Part shown: piece after piece, positions 62,469 to 64,000 of the stretch
How positions within the stretch are numbered: position 1 is the stretch's first letter
Layout: each line of letters opens with the position of its first letter
DNA from: Nemertoderma westbladi
Lineage: Eukaryota; Animalia; Xenacoelomorpha
Assembly (NCBI GenBank): GCA_032718475.1
Contig: JAUCBJ010006646.1
Span: forward strand, 1-64,000
Direction of reading: 5' to 3'
Length of the DNA: 64,000 nucleotides
Translations under genes and position numbers: made by a program
Notes under the pieces: generated by a model
What the model was told of the DNA's origin: nothing
The model's database searches: none
What the model saw: the letters and a program-made list of their open reading frames with translations, nothing else

Positions 62469-62499
62469 TAATTGTTACAAAACGGAGTTAAAATATTAT

Positions 62500-62740
62500 A
62501 CATAATAAAATATAATAATATTAATATTAATATTAATAATAATATTTTTTTATTTATTAATATATAAATATATTAATTATATAATTATATATTAATATAT
62601 AATAAATTAATTATATAATTATATATTAATATATAATATATTAATTATATATTAATATATAATATATTAATTATATAATTATATATTAATATATAATATA
62701 TTAATTATATATAAATATTATTAATTATTTATTATATCGT
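62500..62740. repeat. AT-only low-complexity tract
   Basis: Repeated ATATATTAATTAT-like units. Confidence 0.8.
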
Positions 62741-62995
62741 GTGCATTTAATATTCTATTATATCATGCCGATGCCGAGTTTTACGGAATGATGAAACGAG
62801 GGTCCAAATTGAGATAAAGGTACATAATTGGACGGATCCAGAACTGGATGTCCTTATTTCTCACACGTTTGTTTGTTTGTTAGTTTGTATATTGTTATGT
62901 TGCCTAGCAACAGTGAAATTAACTCTAGAATGACCGATAAATAATCGTAGAATTCACTCAATCAAAATTATGTTGACACCCCATAGGGAGCATCT

Positions 62996-64000
62996 TGTTT
63001 GTTTGTTTGTTTGTTTGTTTGTTTGTTTGTTTGTTTGTTTGTTTGTTTGTTTGTTTGTTTGTTTGTTTGTTTGTTTGTTTGTTTGTTTGTTTGTTTGTTT
63101 GTTTGTTTGTTTGTTTGTTTGTTTGTTTGTTTGTTTGTTTGTTTGTTTGTTTGTTTGTTTGTTTGTTTGTTTGTTTGTTTGTTTGTTTGTTTGTTTGTTT
63201 GTTTGTTTGTTTGTTTGTTTGTTTGTTTGTTTGTTTGTTTGTTTGTTTGTTTGTTTGTTTGTTTGTTTGTTTGTTTGTTTGTTTGTTTGTTTGTTTGTTT
63301 GTTTGTTTGTTTGTTTGTTTGTTTGTTTGTTTGTTTGTTTGTTTGTTTGTTTGTTTGTTTGTTTGTTTGTTTGTTTGTTTGTTTGTTTGTTTGTTTGTTT
63401 GTTTGTTTGTTTGTTTGTTTGTTTGTTTGTTTGTTTGTTTGTTTGTTTGTTTGTTTGTTTGTTTGTTTGTTTGTTTGTTTGTTTGTTTGTTTGTTTGTTT
63501 GTTTGTTTGTTTGTTTGTTTGTTTGTTTGTTTGTTTGTTTGTTTGTTTGTTTGTTTGTTTGTTTGTTTGTTTGTTTGTTTGTTTGTTTGTTTGTTTGTTT
63601 GTTTGTTTGTTTGTTTGTTTGTTTGTTTGTTTGTTTGTTTGTTTGTTTGTTTGTTTGTTTGTTTGTTTGTTTGTTTGTTTGTTTGTTTGTTTGTTTGTTT
63701 GTTTGTTTGTTTGTTTGTTTGTTTGTTTGTTTGTTTGTTTGTTTGTTTGTTTGTTTGTTTGTTTGTTTGTTTGTTTGTTTGTTTGTTTGTTTGTTTGTTT
63801 GTTTGTTTGTTTGTTTGTTTGTTTGTTTGTTTGTTTGTTTGTTTGTTTGTTTGTTTGTTTGTTTGTTTGTTTGTTTGTTTGTTTGTTTGTTTGTTTGTTT
63901 GTTTGTTTGTTTGTTTGTTTGTTTGTTTGTTTGTTTGTTTGTTTGTTTGTTTGTTTGTTTGTTTGTTTGTTTGTTTGTTTGTTTGTTTGTTTGTTTGTTT
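62996..64000. repeat. (GTTT)n microsatellite, >1 kb, running off the window end
   Basis: Read directly. Confidence 0.97.

Overview
AT-rich, intron-containing eukaryotic (most likely invertebrate animal) genomic DNA dominated by repeats and nested retroelements. Two host genes can be reconstructed by hand: a four-exon, minus-strand, strongly divergent TGF-beta-superfamily ligand (signal peptide, short prodomain, RIRR furin site, nine-cysteine knot; 13023-20274) and the first two exons of a secreted fibrinogen-domain protein (61523-62468). The centre of the window (26058-54747) is one Penelope-like retroelement composite bounded by a 12-bp target-site duplication. A young 19-kb Bel/Pao LTR retrotransposon (32229-51240, 2.19-kb LTRs, AGTTT TSD) and a solo LTR have inserted into it. 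The Bel/Pao element is the most unusual object. It has no tRNA-type primer-binding site; instead the 12 nt abutting the 5' LTR are exactly complementary to a 12-mer inside its own LTR (Tf1-like self-priming geometry). It carries a ~1,230-codon non-env accessory ORF with three CCHC knuckles after pol. At least eight copies of an 18-nt stem-tetraloop motif are spread every 1-2.6 kb through its internal region, in different reading frames and with G-U/compensatory variation. Also present: RTE, CR1, CRE and Gypsy remnants, a 2A-like peptide at a LINE endonuclease N-terminus, MITE/Helentron/Kolobok-like non-autonomous elements, a TSD-flanked ~330-bp insert with a type I hammerhead ribozyme, a 4-kb 41-bp satellite and several micro/minisatellites. 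All calls are by eye; no database searches were run.
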